Assembly: GCA_963741205.1 (NCBI GenBank)
Contig: CAVUHW010000026.1
Location: 128,001-192,000, forward strand
Source: Nitrospirota bacterium
Lineage (GTDB): Bacteria > Nitrospirota > UBA9217
DNA: 64,000 bases
Reading direction: 5' to 3'
The notes under the pieces were generated by a model, which was given only the letters and a program-made list of their open reading frames with translations, did no database searches and had not been told where the DNA came from. Below, one piece after another: positions 1-10,224 of the stretch. The number at the start of each line of letters is the position of its first letter. Positions within the stretch are counted from its first letter, which is position 1. The translations under genes and the position numbers were made by a program.

Positions 1-128
1 TAACAATTTACACCTTTTTTGGAAATAAGGAAATAAAAAAATGCGAGCACTAGTTGCCAAAACAGGAAACTCTAAGACTTTGAGGGAAAAATCATCATTG
101 CAGTCACCCACGAACAAGCCGAACTTGT

Positions 129-157
129 TTGACAGGCACATGACCCCGCGTTATGAT
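129..157 (+). promoter_or_regulatory. sigma70-type promoter upstream of glgC
   Basis: TTGACA (129-134), 17-nt spacer, TATGAT (152-157); AAGGAG RBS before ATG 194. Confidence 0.6.
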
Positions 158-193
158 TAATGCGTTATCCGCAAACCTAAGGAGAAAAGAATC

Positions 194-1451
194 ATGAGCA
201 TACTCGCTATGATCCTTGCCGGAGGCAAGGGAGAACGTCTTCATCCGCTGACCATTCACCGGGCCAAACCCGCGGTACCCTTCGGCGGGATCTACCGCAT
301 CATCGATTTTACCCTTTCGAACTGCATCAATTCGGGCATCCGCAAGATCGCCGTCCTGCCGCAGTACAAGTCACTTGTCCCTGGACAAGCATTTGCGGCT
401 TGCCTGGAATCTCTTTTCCGGAGAATTGAACGAATTCATCATTTCCGTCCCTCCGCAGCAGCGCGTGGGCGTCAAGTGGTATCAGGGCACGGCCGACGCC
501 ATCTACCAGAACATTTATATGATCGAAAAGGACGCGCCGGACCATCTGCTCGTGCTTGCGGGAGATCACATCTACAAGATGGACTATTCCGAGATGTTCC
601 GGTTCCATCAGGCGCAGAAGGCCGACGCGACGGTCGCCGCCATCGAGATCCCGAAAAAGGGCGCGGCTGCCTTCGGCGTCATCGAGGTTGCCGAGGGAGA
701 CTGCCGCATCGTCGGCTTCGAGGAAAAACCGCAGGCGCCAAAGCATATACCCGGGCGGCCGGATACGGCGTTCGCATCCATGGGCATCTACCTCTTCAAC
801 ACGGATACCATGATCGAACACCTGAAATGCGACGCGCTCCAGGACACGGCCCACGACTTCGGCAAGAACATCATCCCGCAGATGATGAAGAGTGCCCGGG
901 TCTGCGCCTATAATTTCAAGGATGAGAATAAAAAAGAGGCAAAGTACTGGCGCGATGTTGGGACCATCGAAGCCTACTGGGAGGCGAACATGGACCTGGT
1001 CAGCGTCGACCCGCTCCTGAACCTCTACGACAAGGCCTGGCCCATCCGCACGTATCAGGGCCAGAACCCGCCGGCGAAGTTCGTGTTCGCCCAGGAAGAA
1101 AAGGGCGGCAGGTTGGGCATAGGGCTGGACTCGATCATATCGCACGGCTGCATCGTCTCCGGCGGCCGGGTGCAGAACTCCGTGCTCTCGCCGAACGTGC
1201 GCATCAACAGCTACAGCGAAGTGCACGATTCGATCCTCATGGAAAACGTGGATATCGGAAGGCGCTGCCGCATCCGCAAGGCCATCATCGACAAGGATAT
1301 TAATATCCCCCCGGAAACGGAAATAGGCTATGACCTTGAGGAAGACAAGAAACGCTACCATGTGACTCGCTCGGGCATCGTGGTGATTGCGAAAGGAACG
1401 GAGTTGCCCCATGCAGTAATGGCGGCCTCTGCGGTAGAGGAGAAGGCTTAG
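194..1451 (+). CDS. glgC: glucose-1-phosphate adenylyltransferase (ADP-glucose pyrophosphorylase); one frameshift near 374
   Basis: [23 protein letters not shown] in ORF 194; [35 protein letters not shown] and beta-helix C-terminus in ORF 375-1451. Confidence 0.95.
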
Positions 1452-1483
1452 AGGACCATGACGGGCAACAAAGAGGACGAACC

Positions 1484-1933
1484 GTGCGCTTAGTACCAGA
1501 AACCCTCGCCGCCGTGAAGGAACATGCCGTCGCTGCGTATCCCGCAGAGTGCTGCGGCATCGTGACAGGTGGCGGCGAGATCCAACGGGTTTACGCTTGC
1601 AGGAACCTGCAGGACGAACTCCACGCAAAGGATCCCGAAAACCATCCGCGGACCAGCCGGGAGGCCTATGCGATGGACCGCGACGAAGCTGACCGGATCA
1701 TAAGAGGCGCCGCCGCCAACGGCGAGAGCATCATCGCCTTCTACCACTCCCACATTGACTGCGGGGCTTATTTCTCCCGGATGGACAAGGAAGTCCAGAC
1801 GGTCTTCGGTGAACCCGAGTTTCCCGGCGCCGCGCACGTGGTCGTCTCGGTGCGGGATGGAGTTATCAGTGAACTCAAGGGCTATCTCTGGGATGAGAAG
1901 AGCCAGGACTTTGTATTGATCGATGTCATGTGA
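1484..1933 (+). CDS. JAB/MPN (Mov34, M67) metalloprotease, Mec+-like
   Basis: YPAECCG N-terminal Glu and FYHSHIDCGAYFSRMD JAMM motif (HxH-x7-S-x2-D). Confidence 0.85.
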   Translation: MRLVPETLAAVKEHAVAAYPAECCGIVTGGGEIQRVYACRNLQDELHAKDPENHPRTSREAYAMDRDEADRIIRGAAANGESIIAFYHSHIDCGAYFSRMDKEVQTVFGEPEFPGAAHVVVSVRDGVISELKGYLWDEKSQDFVLIDVM

Positions 1934-2085
1934 CGCCGGCGACTGATTCGTCCGGAAGCCGTCACGTTCCCCCGACCCCTCCTCCTTTCGCGGGTTGACG
2001 CCCGCTGCGTCCGGTGCTACCTTAAAAATAAAAAGAGTGTGATCCGCCCTTACGACCTAAGTCATAGGGGCGAGGAGGTAACATC

Positions 2086-2982
2086 ATGATAACCATTCTG
2101 GGAGCAACAGGCAACATCGGGAGTAAAATAGCCGGCATCCTTATCGAGAAGGGGGAACCGGTGCGGCTCGTCGCGCGCTCGGCTGACCGGTTGAGGTCCG
2201 TGGCGGGCAAAAAGGCGGAGGCCCTTGCCGGTGATGCGCTGGACACGGAGTTTCTGATCAAGGCGTTCACGGGCGCAGATGCTGTCTTCACCTTGATCCC
2301 GCCGAACATAAAGGCTGAAAAGTTCATGTCCTATGCCGACGCCATCGGCGGGAGCATCGCCCGCGCGCTGGAGGTCGCGAAGGTGAAGTATGTTGTGAAC
2401 CTTTCGAGCGTCGGCGCCGAACTGCCAGAGGGAACGGGACCGATCGCGGGCCTCCATAACCACGAGGAGCGTCTGAACAGGATCAAGGGGCTGCATGTCC
2501 TGCACCTGCGGCCGGCGACCTTTATGGAAAACCTGCTTATGAATATGGACCTGATCAGGACCAAGGGCATCACCGGCAATGCCACCCGGGGCGACATCAA
2601 GTTCCCGATGATCGCGACCAGGGACATCGCCTCTTACGCTGCCGAACGACTCCGGAAGAGGGACTTTACCGGCTCGTCGGTCCGGTATCTGCTCGGCCAG
2701 CGCGACTTGAGCCTCATCGAGGCGACGGAGATCATCGGCAGAAAAATCAACAAGCCCGGCCTGAGCTACACGATGTTCCCCTACGACGATGCCGAGAAGG
2801 GGCTTGTCGCCATGGGACTGTCGGCCGACATGAGCAGGCTGTACGTCGAGATGAGCAGGGCCTTCAACGAGGGGCGCATCAAATACGAAAAGCGCACTCC
2901 GGAGAACACGACGCCGACCTCGTTCGAGGAATTCTGCGACCACGTGTTCGTGCCCGCGTATATGCAGAAAAAGGCCGCGTAA
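2086..2982 (+). CDS. NmrA-family NAD(P)-binding protein
   Basis: ILGATGNIG Rossmann motif, LRPATFMEN, MIATRDIA; GAGGAGG RBS. Confidence 0.9.
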   Translation: MITILGATGNIGSKIAGILIEKGEPVRLVARSADRLRSVAGKKAEALAGDALDTEFLIKAFTGADAVFTLIPPNIKAEKFMSYADAIGGSIARALEVAKVKYVVNLSSVGAELPEGTGPIAGLHNHEERLNRIKGLHVLHLRPATFMENLLMNMDLIRTKGITGNATRGDIKFPMIATRDIASYAAERLRKRDFTGSSVRYLLGQRDLSLIEATEIIGRKINKPGLSYTMFPYDDAEKGLVAMGLSADMSRLYVEMSRAFNEGRIKYEKRTPENTTPTSFEEFCDHVFVPAYMQKKAA

Positions 2983-3032
2983 CGATCGTGTGGGCATAAG
3001 CGCCTATCGAGCGCTTCCCTTCTGAGAAAAAG

Positions 3033-3060
3033 GGGGAATGTGCAGCGCGGCACATTCCCC
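3033..3060. terminator. GC hairpin between convergent genes, possible bidirectional terminator
   Basis: GGGGAATGTGC-AGCGCG-GCACATTCCCC perfect 11-bp stem. Confidence 0.5.
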
Positions 3061-3159
3061 GGGAAACTTGCATGGAGTTTTTAAAAAACCTTATGCTTCA
3101 CCGCGATTCAGGATGAGAGTCATCACGGGTGGTGATTTGGGATTTGAAGTTTCCTCTTT

Positions 3160-4189
3160 CTAAGCCAGCTCAGCCAGCCTTCTGATCAGCCGTTCGCTGT
3201 CCTTCCAGCCCAGGCACGGATCGGTGATGGATTTGCCGTACACGTTTTCGGACACCTTCTGCGCGCCTTCCTCGATGAAGCTCTCGATCATGAAGCCTTT
3301 CACCATCTTCCGCACGAGCTCGGAATTTTCGCGCGTCCGCATGACTTCTTTTGCGATCCGCGGCTGCTCCTTGTACTGCTTGTTCGAGTTGGCGTGGTTC
3401 GTGTCCACGATGATGGCGGGGTAGGCGAAGGCCCGTTCCTTGTACGCCTTGGCGACCCTGATCAGGTCTTCGAAATGATAGTTGGGGATGCTCTGTCCGA
3501 ACTGGTTCATCGCCCCCCGGAGCACGCAGTGGGTCAGCGGGTTTCCGGAAGTCTTGACCTCCCACCCGTTGTAACTGAACACGTGCGGTGCCTGGGACGC
3601 CTGAACCGCGTTGAACATCACATCAATGTCGCCGGAGATCGGATTTTTCATGCCCACGGGGACGTCGAGGCCGCTGCAGGTCAGGCGGTGCTGCTGGTTT
3701 TCCACCGAGCGCGCGCCGACCGCCACGTAGGACAGAACATCTTCCAGATACGCATAGTTGTTGGGATAGAGCATTTCATCGGCTGCCGGGAAGATGGGAT
3801 TCCTTGAGCGCCCGGATGTGCATCTTCCGGATGGCCTTGATCCCCTCGACGATGTTCGGCTCTTCCTTCGGGTTCGGCTGGTGCGCCATGCCCTTGTAAC
3901 CGATGCCGGTCGTGCGGGGCTTGTTGGTATAGATGCGGGGGATGATGACGATCTTGTCCTTCACCTCATCCTGAACCTTCGCGAGCCGTGAGATATAATC
4001 GCACACAGCGTCCTCGTCGTGGGCCGAGCAGGGCCCGATGATAAGAAGGAGTTTGTCCAGGTCGCCGGTGAATACGCCCTGGATTTCCCTGTCCTTCTCT
4101 TTTTTGATCCTTTTCATATCCGCCGAAAGCGGCATCTTTTCGATGATATCTTTGGCTTTCGGGATCTGCCGGATATTTGAGAAGCTCAT
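3160..4189 (-). CDS. aroG: 3-deoxy-7-phosphoheptulonate (DAHP) synthase class I-alpha; frameshift near 3780
   Basis: IGPCSAHD, RIYTNKPRTTGIGYKG, GARSVENQQHR, GMKNP, DTNHANS, SITDPCLGW. Confidence 0.9.
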
Positions 4190-4380
4190 AGGCTTTGTAA
4201 TACCTCCCCTTCTTTCAATTACCGCTTGCGACACTCGCCGGATGCATTTTTTTGATTATAAGAACCCCCATAAGGTAAGTCAAGATAAAAACTGTCTCTA
4301 CCGGGCCGTGAGTGAGTCCCGCGTCCGCAGATCAAAAAACGCTGGCCTTTTCTCTCGTAATATTGTATATAAAGCGTGCC

Positions 4381-5339
4381 ATGGCAAAGAAACCACCAGC
4401 AAAAAGGAAGGGTAAAGGCGGCGGCTCCGACCGCTGGATAATCACGGGGATCGTCGTCGCTCTCGTGGTGATCTCGCTCGTTCTGTGGGGCCCCCTGCGC
4501 AAGTTCCGGCCTCACGGTGAAAAGAGGCACCCGCCGCAGATGACGCAGCAGGAAACAGCCCCCTCGCCAAGGCGCCTCCGCAAAAAACTAAAAAACCTGC
4601 TGAACAGGCAACGAACGGGAAGCTCGAGAAGCATGAGGCGGGACCGGCGCTGCTCGGCAACGCGACGCCCGAAAAAACAGTCATGGTCGCCATCGTCATC
4701 GACGATCTGGGCGTGGACCTGAAGCAGGCCCGGGATATCCTTTCTTTGCCGGCCAAAGTCACCTTTGCCGTCATGCCCGGCCTGGCCCAGTCCAGGAAAG
4801 TCGCGGAAATGGCGCGGCAGAACAACCGCGAAGTGCTGCTTCACCTGCCCATGGAGTACCGGAGCAAGAACGGGACTCCGGCGCCGGGCATGCTGCGCTC
4901 CGACATGACGCCCATGGAATTCCTGAGCACCGTGAGTGACGATGTCGAATCGGTCCCCGGCGCCGTGGGCATCAACAACCACGAAGGCTCCGCGCTCACC
5001 GAGAACAAGGAGGCCATGAAGTTCCTGATGGCCGAGCTCAAGGCGCGCAACCTCATGTTCCTCGACAGCCTCACCAGCGCGAATAGCGTGGCCTACGCAA
5101 CGGCCCGGGAGTTCGGTCTCAAGGCCGCCAAGCGCGACGTATTCCTGGACAATGACAGCAACAATCCATCCTCCATACGGAAACAGCTCGATGAGTTGGT
5201 GGAGATCGCGCGGAAGAACGGCAGAGCGATCGGCATTGGCCATCCGCACCCCGCGACCGTTATCGAACTCAGGAAATGGCTCGCGGATACGAGCGGACAC
5301 GGCGTCGAGATCGTGCCGGTGTCGAAACTGATGAACTAA
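4381..5339 (+). CDS. divergent polysaccharide deacetylase (YibQ/DUF610-like) with N-terminal TM anchor; frameshifted
   Basis: AIVIDDLG, LLHLPME, GINNHEGS, FLDSLT, RDVFLDN, AIGIGHPH; TM segment WIITGIVVALVVISLVLW in the upstream frame. Confidence 0.85.
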
Positions 5340-5340
5340 C

Positions 5341-5448
5341 AGGGTCAAGATAGCAAGGGGCAAGGGACAAGGTAAAAAACTTTCCATGGTTTACCCGCCT
5401 CTTCCGCCTTGACCCTTGCTGCTTGCTACTTGCTGCTCCTGCCCTTGA
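5341..5448. repeat. 7-nt-periodic imperfect inverted repeat (CAAG arm / CTTG arm)
   Basis: gggtcaag atagcaag gggcaag ggacaag ... cttgacc cttgctg cttgcta cttgctg. Confidence 0.65.
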
Positions 5449-5454
5449 AATCCC

Positions 5455-6459
5455 ATGCTCACCCTCGGAATAGAAACCTCCTGCGATGAAACCGCGGCCG
5501 CCGTGCTGGACAACGAAACGGTCCTGTCCAGCATCGTCTCCTCGCAGACCGACATCCACAAAAAATACGGCGGCGTGGTGCCCGAGCTCGCGTCGCGGGA
5601 ACACTTGAAGAACCTCGTGCCCATCATTCGCGAAGCCCTCGACGCGGCGGCGGTCACTCTCAACGATATCGGCCTCGTGGCCGTCACGTATGCGCCAGGC
5701 CTGATCGGCGCCCTGCTCGTGGGGGTGTCGGCGGCAAAGGCCATCGCGTACGCGCGGGGCATCCCCTTCATCGGCGTCCACCACGGCGAAGGCCACATCC
5801 TCGCCGCTCACATCGAATACCCCGGCATCGGCTACCCGTATATCGCGCTGCTCGTGTCCGGCGGCCATACGGCTCTCTACCATGTCAAAGGGCTTGGAGA
5901 CTACCGCATGCTCGGCCAGACCAGGGACGATGCCGCCGGCGAGGCCTACGACAAAGTCGCCAAGCTCATGGGCCTTGAATATCCGGGCGGCCCGGTGCTT
6001 GACCGGCTCGCGCAAAGGGGAAACCCGGAGGCAATAAAATTCCCGCGCGGCCATCTTGCCGGGTACGATTTCAGTTTCAGCGGCCTCAAAACCGCGGTCA
6101 GGAACCATATCGCGCTCTTCATGAGCAGGGACAAGGGCATTGAGCCGAAACTGGACCTCGGGGACGTTGCCGCGAGTTTTCAGGCGGCCGTTGTGGACAC
6201 GCTCGTCGGAAAGACCATGCAGGCCGCGGCTGAAACGGGCGTGGACAAAATCGTCGTCGCAGGAGGCGTAGCGGCGAACAGTTCACTCAGGGCAAGAATG
6301 GATGACGAGGCGGGGAAACGGGGTATCACACTCTATCTTCCGGGCATGTTCTACTGCATCGACAACGCCGCCATGATCGCACTTGCGGGATACCTCCACT
6401 TCAAGCGCGGAGAGACCTCAGATCTTGACCTGAACCCCCGGGCCGGCATGCCGCTGTGA
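5455..6459 (+). CDS. tsaD: tRNA N6-adenosine threonylcarbamoyltransferase
   Basis: LGIETSCDETAAA, GGVVPELASREH, HGEGH, LVSGGHT, DDAAGEAYDK, FSFSGLKTA, DNAAMIA. Confidence 0.97.
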   Translation: MLTLGIETSCDETAAAVLDNETVLSSIVSSQTDIHKKYGGVVPELASREHLKNLVPIIREALDAAAVTLNDIGLVAVTYAPGLIGALLVGVSAAKAIAYARGIPFIGVHHGEGHILAAHIEYPGIGYPYIALLVSGGHTALYHVKGLGDYRMLGQTRDDAAGEAYDKVAKLMGLEYPGGPVLDRLAQRGNPEAIKFPRGHLAGYDFSFSGLKTAVRNHIALFMSRDKGIEPKLDLGDVAASFQAAVVDTLVGKTMQAAAETGVDKIVVAGGVAANSSLRARMDDEAGKRGITLYLPGMFYCIDNAAMIALAGYLHFKRGETSDLDLNPRAGMPL

Positions 6460-6564
6460 TTTTTTCTCGTACGTGCTGTTTGCAAAGCACCTGTTGAGTC
6501 GAGCACTGCGCTTTTCCTTTACCATTCGAAGGTGTACGATTATTCGAATCCGACCCCTGTCGCA

Positions 6565-7090
6565 CTATGGCCAATAACTAACAAAGCCGTCTCGGTTCGG
6601 CATTTTAACCTGAGGGAGCGTTTTTGCGTCCATCCGCACCTCCGGGTCTATAATGCCGTTGAGGAAAAGAAGGTACGCGCTCACCGCGTAAACTTCGTCG
6701 TTCGAAAGGGACTGAGGAGCATTGAAAGGCATGGCCCTGCGAATATAGTCGAACAGCGTGGTCGCGTAGGGCCAATAGCTCCCGACGGTTTTTACCGGTT
6801 TCTTCGAGGCCAGCGTGCCTATCCCTCCCACGAGGGGATCGGCGGGTCCTTCTATACCCTTCACCCCATGACAACCGGCGCACTTCGCGTTATAAACAGC
6901 TTCTCCTTCGGCAGCCGTACCACTACCGGGAGGAAGTCCGCTTCCATCGGGCGGAATACTGATATCCCAGGCGGCAATTTCTTCGGGCATGACTTCTTGG
7001 CCGAGATTGGGACTGGAGAAGGCAGTTCTGGTAACGAAAATAACGGCAGCCAGTCAGAACGAGGACTCTCAAGAGTTTATTGGTAGACAT
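6565..7090 (-). CDS. monoheme cytochrome c, SoxD-like partner; frameshift in the signal region
   Basis: WDISIPPDGSGLPPGSG, CAGCH, TVGSYWPYATTLFDYIRRAMP, MPNRDGF; ATG 7090 overlaps the soxC stop. Confidence 0.85.
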
Positions 7091-8408
7091 TTCGGATCAC
7101 TCCTTCCGGGCTTATACTCCAGGTCTGAATCGCATTGTAGTGATATTCGTTAGCTACCGAATACTGAGCACGTCCATTTTTCACGGGTGGGCTGGATGTT
7201 CCCTTTCTCATCCGCGGCCCGGCTTTGGAGCAATACGGGGCCCCCATCCCAATTCCAGGGAACACGAAACCGGGTCAGCGCCAGCGGGAGAACTGGAGCT
7301 TGCAGCGCCGCTTTGGCCCAGCTCTTGCCGCCGTCTGCGGAGACCTCCACCTGGGTGATGCGGCCGGAGCCGGACCAGGCGAGACCCGATACTTCGTAAA
7401 AACCCTTCCCCTTCATGGTCATGCCCGCGGAAGGATGAGTAATGACCGACTTGACCCCCATGGGAAAGGTGAACTGACGGGCTCTTCCATCCGGCATCAA
7501 ATCGGTATACTTCGAGGTTTCTTCCCGGCTATAAATAGGTTTTTCCGTGACCGTCAGCCGGCGGAGCCATTTGACGGACATATTCCCCTCCCAGCCCGGC
7601 AGCAGGAGCCGCAGGGGGTAGCCTTGTTCAGGACGGATACGCTCGCCGTTCTGGTAAAGGGCGATCATGGCATCATCCAGGGCTTTCTCGATGGGAATAC
7701 TCCGGTTCATAGCGGCAGCGTCTCCGGCTTCGGCCACGATCCATTTGCCCTTGGGGTCCAATCCGGCTTCGTCCAGCAATAAAGCCAGAGGGATACCCGT
7801 CCATTCGCAGCACGAAATCAGCCCATGGATAGCCCCACAGGACATTTGAGGTGGTTCCGGTCTGGTATTGAAAAGGCTGTTGCCTGAACATTCCAAAAAG
7901 AAGATCCGGCTTACGGTGGGATACCGTAACAACGCCTCGACGGAGAATTTCAGCGGCCTTTTGACTAGGCCATGGATGAGCAGCTCATGCTTGGTGGGAT
8001 CGATGTCCGGAACGCCGCTGTGATGTCGCTCGTAGTGCAACCCGTTCGGCGTGATCGTACCCTGGAGCTGATGCAGCGGAGTCATGGACATCGCGGCACC
8101 TGGAGCAATATCCTTGTATCGCTGGTAGAAGATCCGCTTGACCTCCGTCTTCATATTTGGCAGGGTTGACCATAACCCCGGAACGGCTGTCCGGGTATCT
8201 TCATCCACGGAGGGGTTTCCAGCGCCGGAGACTCCGCTGCTTGCGCCGTCGCCAAAAGATCACCCGAAAGATTGCCTGCCGCCACCAATCCGGCCACCTT
8301 GACCGCGCCTGTCAGAAAGGCCCGACGGTCGAGCAGACCCCGGTCTGCTGCGGGTGCAGGCAGTTCCGTTGTTACTTTTCTTTTTGATATTTTCCACCTG
8401 GATGTCAT
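7077..8408 (-). CDS. soxC: SoxC-like sulfite-oxidase-family molybdoprotein, Tat-exported; two frameshifts
   Basis: DRRAFL Tat motif, TPNGLHYERHH, FLECSGN (Mo-Cys), EQGYPLRL, GWEGNMSVKWL, GLAWSG, YHYNAIQTW. Confidence 0.85.
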
Positions 8409-8506
8409 CGCCCGCCTCCTATCTCTTTAACCATTACGACCGAAATGGAAGGACAAAGGTTGCTAAACCTGCACATCGTTTCGATGAAAACTTTTGAAAA
8501 ATCTGC

Positions 8507-9898
8507 TCACTGGGCAGTAACCGGTTCATATCCAAAATCCAGCGCATTCCCCAGATCATTCGCGGCGGCATCGCGAGTCCCGAGCGGCGCAATATTCCAA
8601 CGTTTTTCGATAAACTTCAAAATAGAGGTTGTATCGTACAGGGTGTGGTCAACATACCCTTTCTTCGCAAACGGAGAGATAATGATTGTCGGAATCCTGG
8701 TTCCCGGCCCCCACCGGTCGCCTTTCGGCGGCGCGACGTGGTCCCATCGGCCGCCGTTTTCATCATAGGTGATGATAATCACGCTGTCCTTCCAGTACGG
8801 GCTCTCCCTGAGCGTCTTGACCAGTTCCGCGACGTGCTGTTGCCCGGCAAGAAGCGATGCATAGCCAGGATGTTCATTGAACGCACCGATGGGCTTTATA
8901 AATGATACCGAGGGCAGGGTACCATTTTTAAGGTCTTTTAAAAACTCCTGTTCGTCTTTTAGATGAGCGCCTCTTGCCGGAGTCCCGTCAGAATAGTTCG
9001 CGAAATAAGCAAAGGGCTGATGATGGTACTGAAAATACTTGTCAGCTTTCCCGGCAAGCGCATCACTCCAGCCTCCTGAATACCACGCCCAGGAAATGTT
9101 TTTTTCCGTCAGCCGGTCTCCAATGGTCGGCATGGTTTGATTCGGCAGGAGTTTACACCGGTCCCCCGCTTTATCCGGGTGCGGCTGGTTCACGGAATAA
9201 ACCGTATTGACAGCGTACCCGTCAGGCGTGATCGCGCCGTCCTGCAGGAGTGTTCCGTTCGAATCGAGCTTTGCAACCAGGGACAGAGGCGCATCAGGCC
9301 AGGCCGGCGTACAGGCGCAGATGAGCCAGAAATGATTCAGGAAGGACCCGCCGAAGGCAGCCTGAAAAAAGTTGTCCGCGATCGTGTATTGGCGCGCAAG
9401 CTTCCCCTCGGGAAGATCGCTCGCGTCGAAATAGCTCATGACCAGTCCGGGGTTGTCGCTCCAGGCGGCGAATTTATCCATTTTGCCGCCGTCGATCTGC
9501 AGCTGGTTCTGATAAAATCGGTGAACAAGGTCCCCTGTTTTCTGATCAATGGAAAGATACTGCAAAAGATCATACGGTTTCGCCGGTATATTTTCAGGAA
9601 AACGCCCGTCATGAACCGCCGGCTTTGAGCTCGTGTCCAGCGGCCCCGGTAATGCCGCCAAAGGTTCCCCTTCCTTGTCCACCTGGTTTACTGCGTTTCC
9701 CGCATTTGCGAGCCCGTTTGCGCCGGGGAACTTTCCGTACAAGCCGTCAAAACTCCAGTTCTCCTGGTAAATAACGACAACGTGTCCGATTTTTTCGAAT
9801 GCCTTCGATGGAACTTCCGCCGGAGCCGGAAAGGGATACAAAAACAGGAAGGCGAAGAACAGTGTTAGCACGCTTCGGATGCGGTGTGAATGGAACAC
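8507..9898 (-). CDS. secreted acid phosphatase / phosphoesterase (AcpA / non-hemolytic PLC family)
   Basis: signal peptide; HVVVIYQENWSFD, GDLVHRFY, FGGSFLNH, FQYHHQPF, NEHPGY, YDENGGRWDH, YDTTSIL. Confidence 0.9.
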   Translation of the reverse strand: MFHSHRIRSVLTLFFAFLFLYPFPAPAEVPSKAFEKIGHVVVIYQENWSFDGLYGKFPGANGLANAGNAVNQVDKEGEPLAALPGPLDTSSKPAVHDGRFPENIPAKPYDLLQYLSIDQKTGDLVHRFYQNQLQIDGGKMDKFAAWSDNPGLVMSYFDASDLPEGKLARQYTIADNFFQAAFGGSFLNHFWLICACTPAWPDAPLSLVAKLDSNGTLLQDGAITPDGYAVNTVYSVNQPHPDKAGDRCKLLPNQTMPTIGDRLTEKNISWAWYSGGWSDALAGKADKYFQYHHQPFAYFANYSDGTPARGAHLKDEQEFLKDLKNGTLPSVSFIKPIGAFNEHPGYASLLAGQQHVAELVKTLRESPYWKDSVIIITYDENGGRWDHVAPPKGDRWGPGTRIPTIIISPFAKKGYVDHTLYDTTSILKFIEKRWNIAPLGTRDAAANDLGNALDFGYEPVTAQ

Positions 9899-10224
9899 TC
9901 TCTCCTCCCATTCTTAACCGAGAAGCAAGGCAATAGCAGCGCGGGATTCCCAGAATACTCATGTTCTGGGAACTGAACAGCACTAAGTGGAACGATTTTA
10001 GTATGGCCTGATCTTTTTGTAAAGAAAATAACAGGAATATTGCTTTTGAGATTTCATTCTCCGATAGGGGTGATTGCCGGGGTATTCACGCCGAGGTAAC
10101 GGGCGATAGCCGCCGTGGTTAGCGAATTCTACTCCGCCCGCGCACAGCAATGCGCGCCCCTATGTCGCTCACTTTCCTGCGCTGCGAGGTGGGACAGTGG
10201 AGTTGCGGCAGGTCAAAGGATTGG

